Shown here piece by piece: positions 45,234 through 58,920 of a stretch of DNA of 64,000 nt. The DNA comes from Eledone cirrhosa. Its lineage: Eukaryota. The notes under the pieces are model-generated. The model searched no databases and was not told the DNA's origin. It saw only the letters and a program-made list of their open reading frames with translations. The translations under genes and the position numbers were made by a program. Position 1 is the stretch's first letter. Each line of letters starts with the position of its first letter. The stretch lies in assembly GCA_964016885.1 (NCBI GenBank), contig OZ024742.1, positions 283,464,001-283,528,000 of the forward strand, read 5' to 3'.

Positions 45234-46003
45234 CATTCTAATAAATATTGCCTGTTCAAGTAATCAAAGTGTGTATACAATTTTGGGGGACACCTTGTAT
45301 ATATATATATATATGCACACATAAACATACACACACGTACATATTCACACACACGCACATTCACACCACACATATACACAAACACCCAGATATACATTTT
45401 TTGTTTGTTGGGACTCCGTCGGTCCCGACGATGAGTCTTCCAGTTGTACGATCAACGAAATTAAGGTGGAGTGGCTAAGCATTCCACAGACACGTGCATT
45501 TTTTACATAGTTCTCAGGAAGATTCGGTATGATACAGTGGGACAATGTCGGCCTTTGAATTACATGTACAACTCATTTTTTGCCTTAGTGTTTTGCTCAA
45601 GGACACAACGTGCCACCCGGAATCGAACTCACGATTTTACGATCATGAAGTGAATACCCCTCACATACAGCCCACACAAATATATATACATGCGCACACA
45701 TACACAAAGATATGTGCAGACCGTCTGGGACAAAAAGCTATGGTGAGACTTGGGTTCTTGGAGAAAGAACGTTGCTCTATAATCTAATCCACACGCTAGA
45801 GTTAACCGCCATACCTTGAACAATAAAAAAAATCAAGACCTTTAAACAGCTGTTCGAAGAATGACGAAAAGAACAAGACACCCTTTTTATATTCATATAT
45901 ATGGATATTTTTAATCTTTTCTGTGCAACATTGACACCGATCAGGTGGTTGGTCAAAATAAATGCTAAGACTGCAATCATGATGAGAAAACACACACACA
46001 CAT

Positions 46004-46055
<52 letters not shown>

Positions 46056-46240
46056 AGGGGGTGTAACTTGGAGTTACTGCATTTCATTTTCTTATAGCAT
46101 TTTAAAGGGTCCGTCGAGCTGCCAATCATTGAGTCAGGTAGGATCGATACAGATCGAACCTTGAGCTGATCAGTGGCAAAACGCGCGTCACCTACCAATA
46201 AATGTAATGAAGGAGTAACCAATCGTCCTTGTTATCCTTT

Positions 46241-46388
<148 letters not shown>

Positions 46389-46389
46389 T

Positions 46390-46785
46390 ATATATATATA
46401 TATAATAAGGTTACTTATGTACTCCGGATGGTCATGGGCACTTTCATTTTTCCAGATTTTGATTATAAGGTCTCCCGGCAGATAACCCCCTTCAACCGCT
46501 TCCTTGGAGTCGACTGAAACACTGCAGTGCAATGCAACAAAACGTCATAACTTCTGGAGTTCGCAACCGATTTTCACAAAATTTGACACATGGGCTACGT
46601 TTGTTCTACAGATGAATGTGAATTGGCACATATTGAGTAGGGGACCCCTGGGGGAAGGAAAACCCTTTGGGGAAAAGCCGATGATTTTGTAAAAGTATAG
46701 TTTTCGAAACAGCACTGAAGTTTTGACATAAATGGTATACATAACTGCTATTTAATACCCGAGCAACGCCGGGTACCCCTGCTAG
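46390..46785 (+). mobile_element. Non-autonomous Helitron-like element
   Basis: 3' hairpin acccgagcaacgccgggt followed by CTAG|T; 5' tatatataataa start. 5' boundary uncertain. Confidence 0.7.
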
Positions 46786-47595
46786 TATATATATATAATA
46801 AGCTGACGGGACTTGCATGGGTTTCACTGTTATTACCGGTTGAATCTCAGTATACTCAATAGGTAATGTAAAATTCCAGAGTAGACACATAGTTATTCGC
46901 TTCAATACAACACACATAAATGGGTACCTTCAATCTATACCCGTACTCGAATTTCGGCCACACTTAATGCAGCAATAGAGTGCACAGCATCCACTGCCTG
47001 CATTTATTATGCAACAATGCACAATTGGCGTATGTGGCTTCATCAGTGGGTTTCGCCTAATCAATAACCAATCGATCGACAGAATTCGATTCCAGTCAGT
47101 GTCGACAGTGAATGCGACGGCCGGCACAGTAAAACATCAGCAACTAAAATCCCTACGCGTCATCACAATGCCATCAACCGATTGGCTATTGGTTCGGAAA
47201 TTTACGTGACGATAGGAGACGAATTTCAAATAGTTCCGCTCCCGCCATAAGCCCTCAGCCAACTTATTTCAAACACAAATTAACAATGGCTCCAGTCTCC
47301 AAGCACCATGGCGTGAAATAGTGTGACAGTAACAATGGTAGTGCCTAAAACCGTTTGACATTAAATGCCACCAGGCGATTAGACAGCAATACAGAGTTAG
47401 CGAGCTGGTTAGAATTCGAATTCTACATATTTTGACCAACCACGTGCGTAAACCGGTCAATATCACAACTTGCACAATTCAATAGGTGAGTGAGAGAGAC
47501 AGATATAACATGTCAGCGCGCTAATTCTGTATCGTTGTCTAATCGCCTGGTGGCATTTAATGTCCGGAAAGGTTTTATATATATATATATATATA

Positions 47596-48587
47596 CAGTG
47601 GCGGACTGGCCAGGTTGCCAGGTTACCCAATGGCAAGTGGGCCCCAGGGAGCCCACAGTAGCATTGCAAGAGCCCACAGTAGCGTTGCAGGGCCCACTGT
47701 AGTATTTTAGGGGCCAATACTTTGCTTTCAAAGAATACCCGAAATCTAAGAGAAAGAATAAAAAAAAATTTTAAATAAATAAAACAATTAAGCAAAGCAT
47801 TTGGTCAACCAAGGAGGGGGAGAAATGAGGTGGAACAGAAATGAAACATGGATTGCAGGTTAAAATGTAGTCTAGATAGATGTGAAACAAAACGAGGATG
47901 TAGTTTATGGAAAACCCAAGTGATTTAGAAGTCGACCTTAAGTAGGAGCAATAACATTAAGAAAGACATAAACCATTTTTAAATTTTTGAAAGTAGATTT
48001 GCAAGTATGAATTTTCATAAGATTTTCGTAGTTGTCTCTGTGGCCTAGCGGTAGGTACTGGAGACGCTGGAAATCCTGGCCTTGAGTTCTATCCTGGTCA
48101 AGAGGTGCATGTAACCGTTTTCAGTTTTTATTTTACAACCAATAGAAAAAAACTGAAAAGATTTATCACCCTTCTCCCGATCAGGATCGAACTTCAGACC
48201 AGGATCACCACTGTCTGTGATTCCTCCAACTAGGCCATTGAGACAGCTACAAAAGTATACTGAAAATTGATAATTATAAACCTACTTTCAAAATCAAAGT
48301 TAAAAAGATGTGGTGTCGTTGATGGCTTTCCTAGAGCTATTAGTAATATTTAGGGTCGACTTCTGGTCATTATTGAAAGTCTCTGGATTTTGCAAAATAC
48401 ATAATATTTTTTATTGGAGAAGGTAAGATATTTTTCCGCAAAAATTTGATTGCACTGTTTTGTTTCCACTTATGTATTTTTCGAAAATGTTATTTACTCA
48501 TTATAAAAATCAAATGATAGCATTCTATATGTAGGTGGGCCCCCTTCATCTCCTGGCAACCAATATTTTTAGACCCAGTCCGCACTG
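47596..48587. mobile_element. hAT-like non-autonomous DNA transposon in (TA)n
   Basis: TIRs cagtggcggactgg / ccagtccgcactg; subterminal gggccc repeats. Confidence 0.65.
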
Positions 48588-48598
48588 TATATATATAT

Positions 48599-48663
<65 letters not shown>

Positions 48664-48956
48664 AACGAGTAGGACCCCGACGGCTGAGCTCAAGCCGTTT
48701 CGACGGCTAATTCTAGACTTTTTTTTTTTTTTTTTTTTAGTCCAGAATTAGCCGTCGAAACGGCTTGAGCTCAGCCGTCGGGGTCCTACTCGTTCCTATT
48801 ACCCACTCTACTACCCTAAGTATTGAGTACTTTGGTGCGTTATGGTCCACCTGGTTCCTTACCACATTTCCTTCGTTATATATATATATATATATATATA
48901 CATACATACATGCATACATATTCTCCATTTGAGTTTCTTAAAATGAATACATACAC

Positions 48957-48989
<33 letters not shown>

Positions 48990-49305
48990 TGTATGTATGT
49001 ATGTATGTATGTATGCACTTTTACAAACTCCTGGAACTATCTTGACTTATATATGTGTGTGTGTTAAATATTTCCGTAGAAAAGGTAAAGGAAAGACGAG
49101 TGCTCTATGTATTGTACAGAGCTATTTAATTACATTACAAACAACACAATATAATTATTCCATTACCAAATGTTTCAAGAAATTAGTCGATTCTTATATT
49201 TGTATGTGTGTATATATATTTTTTTCCGTTATAAGATGTTATTTTAACTCAGCCTCACTTTCATTCTTAATAGGTATCAATTTCAAAATTTATATCCAAA
49301 ACATA

Positions 49306-49383
49306 ATTATTTTATCTGATGAACAGGCAGGACGTTTCTATAAGGATCGTCTAGTTTCTTGAAACGTTTGGTAATGGAATAAT
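49306..49383 (+). ncRNA. Degenerate type I hammerhead ribozyme
   Basis: attattttat CTGATGA ..ggacg..cgtct.. GAAA C gtttg GT A atggaataat. Confidence 0.6.
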
Positions 49384-49714
49384 CATATTGTGTTGTTTAT
49401 TGTGTATTTTATTTTATTTTATTATTATGTAATTAAAAAAATATATTTATATATGTGTGTGTGTGTGCGTGTGTTTGTGTGTGTGTGCATGTATGTATAC
49501 TTTTATGTATGTATGTATGTATCCACGTTATATGCATCCATATTACAAAATTACACACAAATATACGCATACATCCCCCCCCCCCCCACACACACACACA
49601 CATCGTTCATAGATACACGTACATAAATATATACTATATCCTCACACATCCAAATAACATGCCAACAGTTTGGTTACAATGCAGCTCCTCTGAAACTTGC
49701 CCCATCTGTTGTAG

Positions 49715-49866
49715 GCTGTGGTGGCACATCCAACAGTCCAGCAACATCTATCTTACATCTGGATGGGGAGTTTGGAGTGGTCAAGTGCCCAGATATTTTT
49801 GTTATTCCTTGTCTGTCTACTTCTACCTCCTGTATGGTTAATACTCTCCTTACCCCTTAATCACAG
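49715..49866 (+). CDS. nompC: TRPN/NompC exon (pre-S1 elbow)
   Basis: tgtag|GCT...AG|gtaag. AVVAHPTVQQHLSYIWMGSLEWSSAQIFLLFLVCLLLPPVWLILSLPLNH(R). Confidence 0.93.
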
Positions 49867-50661
49867 GTAAGTTACTGTTATAATAAATATTTATGTTAGA
49901 AGACAGCATGTATGTGAAGGGATTTAGAGTAAACTATATATAAACCTGGTGGTACCCATCCCTCTTCAGATCGAAACACAACTGATATCTTCCAGAGAAA
50001 CAGAGAGATGAAAAGCGACAGAGAATTGCAAAAGAAAGTATAGAGGGAAAATTGACTCTAGTATCGAAATGGTACTTTATTTATAGACTTTGAAAGGGTG
50101 TAAATCAAAGGTGATCGTGGCAGAATTTGACCCCAGCGCCTAGATAGCCGAAACGAATACATCGAAGCATTTTATCCGATGTTCTTACGACTCTGCTAAT
50201 TCAACGTCTTAAATCGTAATATAATTTATATAAATCATTGTGAGAAATGGGGTTTAAATTGTTACAATGCAATGTAAATTAGAAATAAAGGAGTAAAAAC
50301 GGGAGTAAAGAAAGACAAAAAGATAAAACCAAACAACAGACAAAAAGACAAAACCAAACAACAGTTTATTTCATGATATTTCGGCGTTAAATCCCTCTTT
50401 TTAAGAGAAAAATGAAATGGTGTGTGATGGTGGTAGCGAGATGGGCTCCTCAGTGCAGATATAAGGATCAAAGAGTTGGTGACATGCGCAGGTTAGTATA
50501 GTCACAATAGCAAATCAGCTTCATGTAATTCGCGTCTGCTGTTAATAGAAGGCGTTACTCTATTCATGAAACTTTGCCTCTTAGATTCTTAAGTTTCCAA
50601 TGTTTCGTTCGGTGGTTTCCATAATCATTCTAGCAATATATTTTCCTGTTTTGCCTCCTAG

Positions 50662-51545
50662 GTACGCCAAAACACCAATCATCAAATTCATGGCTTACCT
50701 GATATCTCATCTTTATCTCTTGACACTCTTCACCATCACAGTTGTGTTACCAATCAAACCGATCTCAGTGAATCCAAGCCTCATTCCTTTCTGGTACGAA
50801 TGGATTCTACTAGCTTGGTTGTCCGGCCTTCTGGTTGCCGAAATCACCAACCCAGCTGATAGGGCTGGTCTCGGGTGGATCCGAATCATAACCCTGGTTG
50901 TCTGTGCTATTGGACTACTCGTACATTTACTGGCCATCGTGCTCTTCTTCTACAGCGACGAAGATCTACGTGTGTACCTCTACATCAGGAACCAGTTCTT
51001 AGCTTTCGGTATGCTCCTCTGTTTCGTACAGCTGCTCGAGTTTTTTTCCTTCCACCATTTATTCGGTCCGTGGGGTGTGATCATCCACGACCTTATTAAA
51101 GACTTGATTAAATTCCTTGTGATTCTGCTTCTGTTCATGGTAGGTTTCAGCTTCCATCTGGTGGCCATTTACCAACCTGTCTACAACAAAGATCTTTCGG
51201 CCAACATATCAGTAATGGACATGTTTGAGTTTCTGTTCTTCTCGCTGTTTGGTCTGGTCGACCGCGACAGCTTCCCACTTCTCTCGAACTCTCTAGAGTG
51301 GGTCAACAAACTAGTGGACGCCATTTTCGGTATCTACATGATGGTTACGTTGATCGTCTTGATAAATTTGTTGATTGCCATGATGTCGGACACTTATCAA
51401 CGTATTCAGAGTCAGTCAGACACTGAGTGGAAGTTTGGACGGGCAAAACTGATCAGAAATATGAACAAACAATCTATATCACCTCCACCTATCAACCTGT
51501 TCACCAAGTTCTTGGCCTACTGCTGGGCCTTCTACAAACACAAAT
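50662..51545 (+). CDS. nompC: TRPN/NompC exon: S1-S6, pore and TRP box
   Basis: cctag|G TAC...AAA T|gtaag. PIIKFMAYLISH, WYEWILLAWLSGLL, FHHLFGPW, FEFLFFSLFGLV, VLINLLIAMMSDTYQRIQSQSDTEWKFGRAKLIRNM. Confidence 0.97.
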
Positions 51546-51602
51546 GTAAGTATCTGGCCAGCACTTTTCCTAGCTTTCTACAATCGTGACACTTTTTTTT
51601 AA

Positions 51603-51801
51603 CAGTCCACGACAGTATCGAGGGTACTTTTGAATTTTTCCCATTGACCCATCATTGCCCAGAAAGCAATAGAGATCGCCGCAAAGTTCATATTCTGACT
51701 AATTTTTCGCCTCCAGTTTTAGGTGTATCGTGCAACATCAGAGGCTGTGTTAAATTTTTTTAACAAGTTTTATAAGTACCCCTCGATGTTGTCGCGGACT
51801 G
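51603..51801. mobile_element. MITE with about 28-bp TIRs
   Basis: cagtccacgacagtatcgagggtactt / aagtacccctcgatgttgtcgcggactg. Confidence 0.6.
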
Positions 51802-52021
51802 TAAATAAAAGTTTTCATGCCGCATTAGTTATGTTTCGTTAGCGACACAAAATTAACGAAATTAATAAATAAACAACTCAATATCATAACAAGTATCTCC
51901 AGTCACGTGTCTAATTTACAATAAAGAGTTATCAGATCTCAAATATATTTCACAGCCAGATATTCGTAGAAATTGATCTGGTTTGACATAATCTCACAAC
52001 ACAGATTGGAAACTCCTGATT

Positions 52022-52023
<2 letters not shown>

Positions 52024-52053
<30 letters not shown>

Positions 52054-52615
52054 CATACATACATACATACATACATAAGGATTGCAGCGTCTTCGCAGAC
52101 AATTGCCGTCTCTTATTGATTCTTCATTGTCATCCCATCCCCGTCCATGACTTCGTTGATGACTTTGTAGACCAGCTGCAGATCTGTATGGTTTACGACA
52201 CAGGTGACAGAAGAGAGTTGTGCTTTCCACAGGACCGGTGGGGTCACCCTGTGAGACACAATCTTTATGTACCACCATGTGCTTTTTTTAGTCCGGAACT
52301 AGTTCTACACACTTTGTTGCATATCATGCACATTGTTTCGCCAGGTCTTTGTTGAGTGGTGTTGCAGGTGGTTATCCTTTCATGTGACTTCAGGTGATTA
52401 ACATAACCAGCCTTTGAGAGGAGTACACGCTGACAGAAATTGCATGTGAGCACAGCCCTGTGAACACAGCCCTTCCGGTGCTAACGCTTCAGCTGTTTAT
52501 GTTCTAGACGACATTCCTCAAAAGTTTTGCAACTGCCCTTTATGCACTTTCTCTACTCAGCCCTATTTAGAGTTATCTCCTCCCAGTTGTCTATATTAAA
52601 TGCCTTCTCAACCCT
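52024..52615 (-). mobile_element. 3' fragment of an RTE-like LINE encoding three C2H2 fingers, (ATGT)n tail
   Basis: CNFC..HLKSH, CMIC..KH.., CHLC..HQRSH, frameshifted; upstream NIDNWEE..NRAE*R. Confidence 0.65.
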
Positions 52616-52798
52616 TTCTTTTTGATCCAGCGAAACATCGAGGGTATGATTGCTGAGGGAAGAGAAGGCTAAACCAGCACTGGGCTGGCATTTTCATGGT
52701 CCATCCTAAAACGATGACAGGCAAAGTGGATTTCAGCAGGATTTGAACTCAAAGACCCAAAACACATATCACTCTACCTAATGGACCACCTTATATAT

Positions 52799-52887
<89 letters not shown>

Positions 52888-52900
52888 CATGTATGTAGAT

Positions 52901-53067
52901 CAGGGATTCCCAAACCTTTTCAAACACGGGACCCTTTTTGGTTCAGAAACTTTTGGGGGAACCCCAAAGTCTAGTACAGTTATATGGTCGTAATATAAAT
53001 ATACTCCTCTACCTTTTTTCACGGAAGCCCAGACATTCCTTTGCAGGACCCACTTTAGGAACCACTG
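52901..53067. mobile_element. hAT-Charlie-like MITE
   Basis: cagggattcccaaac ... ctttaggaaccactg; 8-bp flanks atgtagat / atttagat. Confidence 0.75.
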
Positions 53068-53228
53068 ATTTAGATAAACAAAATAGAAAAATATGGAGGG
53101 AGGGGTGCGGATTTTGTGCCACGTATCAAATTTTAATGGTAATGTCACCTTGATTAAATAGTATAAGCTATTTGACCTAATGATTTCTATTTTATTATTG
53201 TTATTTTTATCATCTACTTACTATTAAG

Positions 53229-53363
53229 GTAAATTATGCACAGTGAATGTACAGCCGTACCTTGATGAACCTACTGACCTACAGAATGTCGAGTCACATT
53301 CACCAGATGGGCTTGTCCCTTACGAACAGGAAAGCTGGAAAACCAACAAAATTTCACCAGAAT
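53229..53363 (+). CDS. nompC: TRPN/NompC exon (C-terminal tail; gene continues downstream)
   Basis: ttaag|GT AAA...GAA T|gtgag; phase fits the previous exon. (C)KLCTVNVQPYLDEPTDLQNVESHSPDGLVPYEQESWKTNKISPE. Confidence 0.72.
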
Positions 53364-53522
53364 GTGAGAACATTTTTGCATTGCATATTTTATATTTTAC
53401 TTACTTTTATTAACCTTCACTTCAGTATAAGTGCAGATGTTGTTTGAGTGGCAAATAACGCATAAGCGTTAACCTAATATATACCTTCCATACCGATTGT
53501 GTTGTTACTTCTGTTTACCTTT

Positions 53523-53561
<39 letters not shown>

Positions 53562-53565
<4 letters not shown>

Positions 53566-53679
53566 AAACAAAATGAAAACGAAATTTCATTTCTCACTCT
53601 TAGTATGGCACTTACTTAAATGTAAGTATGCATGTATACGTACATACATATATGTATACAGACGTACAGTAGCATGCAC

Positions 53680-53712
<33 letters not shown>

Positions 53713-54153
53713 TATACATATGCATACAGGTACACATACATATATGCACGTATCAGTTTAGCGGCGCTAACGTCGCTTTGTTCGTTTGTAAACAAACTGA
53801 ACAGCCTGAATTTATGCCATACGGTGTTAAGGCAACCACGTCACCTTTTTGTTCAACACTGACACAGGAACGATGTACTAGTTTCAAGCTTGTTAGCTAT
53901 CATCAGCACCGTTTACCCATCTGCCAGATAGTTGAACGTTCGAAAGTATATACTTTCCTTATGAAAATTAACGGCTGAGCAGCCTAATTTGCATATTGAG
54001 TGAGTTAAATCGGTTAGGCATACCGAAAACGATAAATTGAAACAAAATGAAAACGAAATTTCATTTCTCACTCTTAGTATGGCACTTACTTAAATGTAAG
54101 TATGCATGTATACGTACATACATATATGTATACAGACGTACAGTAGCATGCAC

Positions 54154-54186
<33 letters not shown>

Positions 54187-54627
54187 TATACATATGCATA
54201 CAGGTACACATACATATATGCACGTATCAGTTTAGCGGCGCTAACGTCGCTTTGTTCGTTTGTAAACAAACTGAACAGCCTGAATTTATGCCATACGGTG
54301 TTAAGGCAACCACGTCACCTTTTTGTTCAACACTGACACAGGAACGATGTACTAGTTTCAAGCTTGTTAGCTATCATCAGCACCGTTTACCCATCTGCCA
54401 GATAGTTGAACGTTCGAAAGTATATACTTTCCTTATGAAAATTAACGGCTGAGCAGCCTAATTTGCATATTGAGTGAGTTAAATCGGTTAGGCATACCGA
54501 AAACGATAAATTGAAACAAAATGAAAACGAAATTTCATTTCTCACTCTTAGTATGGCACTTACTTAAATGTAAGTATGCATGTATACGTACATACATATA
54601 TGTATACAGACGTACAGTAGCATGCAC

Positions 54628-54660
<33 letters not shown>

Positions 54661-55101
54661 TATACATATGCATACAGGTACACATACATATATGCACGTA
54701 TCAGTTTAGCGGCGCTAACGTCGCTTTGTTCGTTTGTAAACAAACTGAACAGCCTGAATTTATGCCATACGGTGTTAAGGCAACCACGTCACCTTTTTGT
54801 TCAACACTGACACAGGAACGATGTACTAGTTTCAAGCTTGTTAGCTATCATCAGCACCGTTTACCCATCTGCCAGATAGTTGAACGTTCGAAAGTATATA
54901 CTTTCCTTATGAAAATTAACGGCTGAGCAGCCTAATTTGCATATTGAGTGAGTTAAATCGGTTAGGCATACCGAAAACGATAAATTGAAACAAAATGAAA
55001 ACGAAATTTCATTTCTCACTCTTAGTATGGCACTTACTTAAATGTAAGAATGCATGTATACGTACATACATATATGTATACAGACGTACAGTAGCATGCA
55101 C

Positions 55102-55134
<33 letters not shown>

Positions 55135-55575
55135 TATACATATGCATACAGGTACACATACATATATGCACGTATCAGTTTAGCGGCGCTAACGTCGCTT
55201 TGTTCGTTTGTAAACAAACTGAACAGCCTGAATTTATGCCATACGGTGTTAAGGCAACCACGTCACCTTTTTGTTCAACACTGACACAGGAACGATGTAC
55301 TAGTTTCAAGCTTGTTAGCTATCATCAGCACCGTTTACCCATCTGCCAGATAGTTGAACGTTCGAAAGTATATACTTTCCTTATGAAAATTAACGGCTGA
55401 GCAGCCTAATTTGCATATTGAGTGAGTTAAATCGGTTAGGCATACCGAAAACGATAAATTGAAACAAAATGAAAACGAAATTTCATTTCTCACTCTTAGT
55501 ATGGCACTTACTTAAATGTAAGTATGCATGTATACGTACATACATATATGTATACAGACGTACAGTAGCATGCAC

Positions 55576-55608
<33 letters not shown>

Positions 55609-56049
55609 TATACATATGCATACAGGTACACATACATATATGCACGTATCAGTTTAGCGGCGCTAACGTCGCTTTGTTCGTTTGTAAACAAACTGAACAG
55701 CCTGAATTTATGCCATACGGTGTTAAGGCAACCACGTCACCTTTTTGTTCAACACTGACACAGGAACGATGTACTAGTTTCAAGCTTGTTAGCTATCATC
55801 AGCACCGTTTACCCATCTGCCAGATAGTTGAACGTTCGAAAGTATATACTTTCCTTATGAAAATTAACGGCTGAGCAGCCTAATTTGCATATTGAGTGAG
55901 TTAAATCGGTTAGGCATACCGAAAACGATAAATTGAAACAAAATGAAAACGAAATTTCATTTCTCACTCTTAGTATGGCACTTACTTAAATGTAAGAATG
56001 CATGTATACGTACATACATATATGTATACAGACGTACAGTAGCATGCAC

Positions 56050-56082
<33 letters not shown>

Positions 56083-56523
56083 TATACATATGCATACAGG
56101 TACACATACATATATGCACGTATCAGTTTAGCGGCGCTAACGTCGCTTTGTTCGTTTGTAAACAAACTGAACAGCCTGAATTTATGCCATACGGTGTTAA
56201 GGCAACCACGTCACCTTTTTGTTCAACACTGACACAGGAACGATGTACTAGTTTCAAGCTTGTTAGCTATCATCAGCACCGTTTACCCATCTGCCAGATA
56301 GTTGAACGTTCGAAAGTATATACTTTCCTTATGAAAATTAACGGCTGAGCAGCCTAATTTGCATATTGAGTGAGTTAAATCGGTTAGGCATACCGAAAAC
56401 GATAAATTGAAACAAAATGAAAACGAAATTTCATTTCTCACTCTTAGTATGGCACTTACTTAAATGTAAGTATGCATGTATACGTACATACATATATGTA
56501 TACAGACGTACAGTAGCATGCAC

Positions 56524-56556
<33 letters not shown>

Positions 56557-56994
56557 TATACATATGCATACAGGTACACATACATATATGCACGTATCAG
56601 TTTAGCGGCGCTAACGTCGCTTTGTTCGTTTGTAAACAAACTGAACAGCCTGAATTTATGCCATACGGTGTTAAGGCAACCACGTCACCTTTTTGTTCAA
56701 CACTGACACAGGAACGATGTACTAGTTTCAAGCTTGTTAGCTATCATCAGCACCGTTTACCCATCTGCCAGATAGTTGAACGTTCGAAAGTATATACTTT
56801 CCTTATGAAAATTAACGGCTGAGCAGCCTAATTTGCATATTGAGTGAGTTAAATCGGTTAGGCATACCGAAAACGATAAATTGAAACAAAATGAAAACGA
56901 AATTTCATTTCTCACTCTTAGTATGGCACTTACTTAAATGTAAGTATGCATGTATACGTACATACATATATGTATACAGACGTACAGTAGCATG

Positions 56995-57034
<40 letters not shown>

Positions 57035-57478
57035 TATACATATGCATACAGGTACACATACATATATGCACGTATCAGTTTAGCGGCGCTAACGTCGCTT
57101 TGTTCGTTTGTAAACAAACTGAACAGCCTGAATTTATGCCATACGGTGTTAAGGCAACCACGTCACCTTTTTGTTCAACACTGACACAGGAACGATGTAC
57201 TAGTTTCAAGCTTGTTAGCTATCATCAGCACCGTTTACCCATCTGCCAGATAGTTGAACGTTCGAAAGTATATACTTTCCTTATGAAAATTAACGGCTGA
57301 GCAGCCTAATTTGCATATTGAGTGAGTTAAATCGGTTAGGCATACCGAAAACGATAAATTGAAACAAAATGAAAACGAAATTTCATTTCTCACTCTTAGT
57401 ATGGCACTTACTTAAATGTAAGTATGCATGTATACGTACATACATATATGTATACAGACGTACAGTAGCATGCACATA
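53562..57478 (-). repeat. Tandem array of a 474-bp unit (8 full copies + partial), one HHR per unit: retrozyme-like family A
   Basis: Near-identical units with 474-bp period; (TA)n at both ends. Confidence 0.95.
53869..53913 (-). ncRNA. Type I hammerhead ribozyme, family A (repeats every 474 bp)
   Basis: AACGGUG CUGAUGA U AGCU AACA AGCU U GAAA C UA GU A CAUCGUU. Confidence 0.85.
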
Positions 57479-57627
57479 TATATATATATATATATATATA
57501 AGCAAAGGGGATATTTAATTTGTTGGTAATTCAACAAATATATATGTTTATAACTGATTCGAAGCACTCGACAGTTTCCGTTAAGATCTTCTTCCTGAAT
57601 ATGTCAATATTTATAAAACAAACTTTG

Positions 57628-57688
57628 TATTTTATCTGATGAGGGCGTACCAAAGTTTTAGTACCCTTGAAATATATATAATAGAATA
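57628..57688 (+). ncRNA. Type I hammerhead ribozyme in a short insert between (TA)n tracts (57500-57733)
   Basis: tattttat CTGATGA gggc gtac..gtac cctt GAAA tatatat A atagaata; similar to the 37.6-kb HHR. Confidence 0.7.
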
Positions 57689-57730
57689 AATATGGTTTTA
57701 TAAATATAGTTTCCATTTATTTAATATCAT

Positions 57731-57780
<50 letters not shown>

Positions 57781-57783
<3 letters not shown>

Positions 57784-58528
57784 GTATAAAAATCAATACA
57801 ATATAATTACCTCATTACCAGAGGTTTCCCGAATGAGGCGAATATGAAATAAACGACTTCATTCGTTCGTCAGACGAGGCAATATAAAACATGGGCAAAT
57901 ACTTAGAAAAACACATCAAGAAAATCAAAAAAAATATAGATAAATGAAATAGAAATTGAAATATATAAAAATCTATCAAGAAATATAGCTAGGTGTGTGT
58001 ATATGTATGTATATGTATGTATATACGCTCACAGATGTGCATATATGTATATGTGTACATGTATATGTATAGTGAGAAAGTGTGCGTAATTCTAAAATAG
58101 GGCAAATGTATCTATATGTCTGTATTATACAGACAGAAATGGTTACATCGTAAATATAGGAATATGACTATACATATACATGTACACATATACATATATG
58201 CACATCTGTGAGCGTATATACATACATATACACACACCTAGCTATATTTCTTGATAGATTTTTATATATTTCAATTTCTATTTCATTTATCTATATCTTT
58301 TTTTGATTTTCTTGATGTGTTTTTCTAAGTATTTGCCCATGTTTTATATTGCCTCGTCTGACGAACGAATGAAGTCGTTTATTTCATATTCGCCTCATTC
58401 GGGAAACCTCTGGTAATGAGGTAATTATATTGTATTGATTTTTATACATTAAATTTTGCTCTGATACTTACATAGAGCACTCTTCATTTCTATGACCTTT
58501 TCTGTTTCCAACGGAAATTTCAATACTT
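57781..58528 (+). mobile_element. Palindromic PLE-type terminal repeat (IR 57781-58450, tail to 58528)
   Basis: About 300-bp arms; (TA)n on both sides; HHR in each arm. Confidence 0.85.
58349..58424 (+). ncRNA. Type I hammerhead ribozyme (inverted copy at 57807-57882)
   Basis: ttgcctcgt CTGACGA a cgaatga..tcattcg g GAAA CC tct GG TA atgaggtaa. Confidence 0.82.
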
Positions 58529-58639
58529 ATATATATATATATATATATTTATATATTTAAATATATATATATATATATACTTATATATATATATATACTT
58601 ATATATATATATATATATATACTTATATATATATATATA

Positions 58640-58800
<161 letters not shown>

Positions 58801-58853
58801 TTATATATATATATATATATATACTTATATATATATATATATATATATATATA

Positions 58854-58915
<62 letters not shown>

Positions 58916-58920
<5 letters not shown>

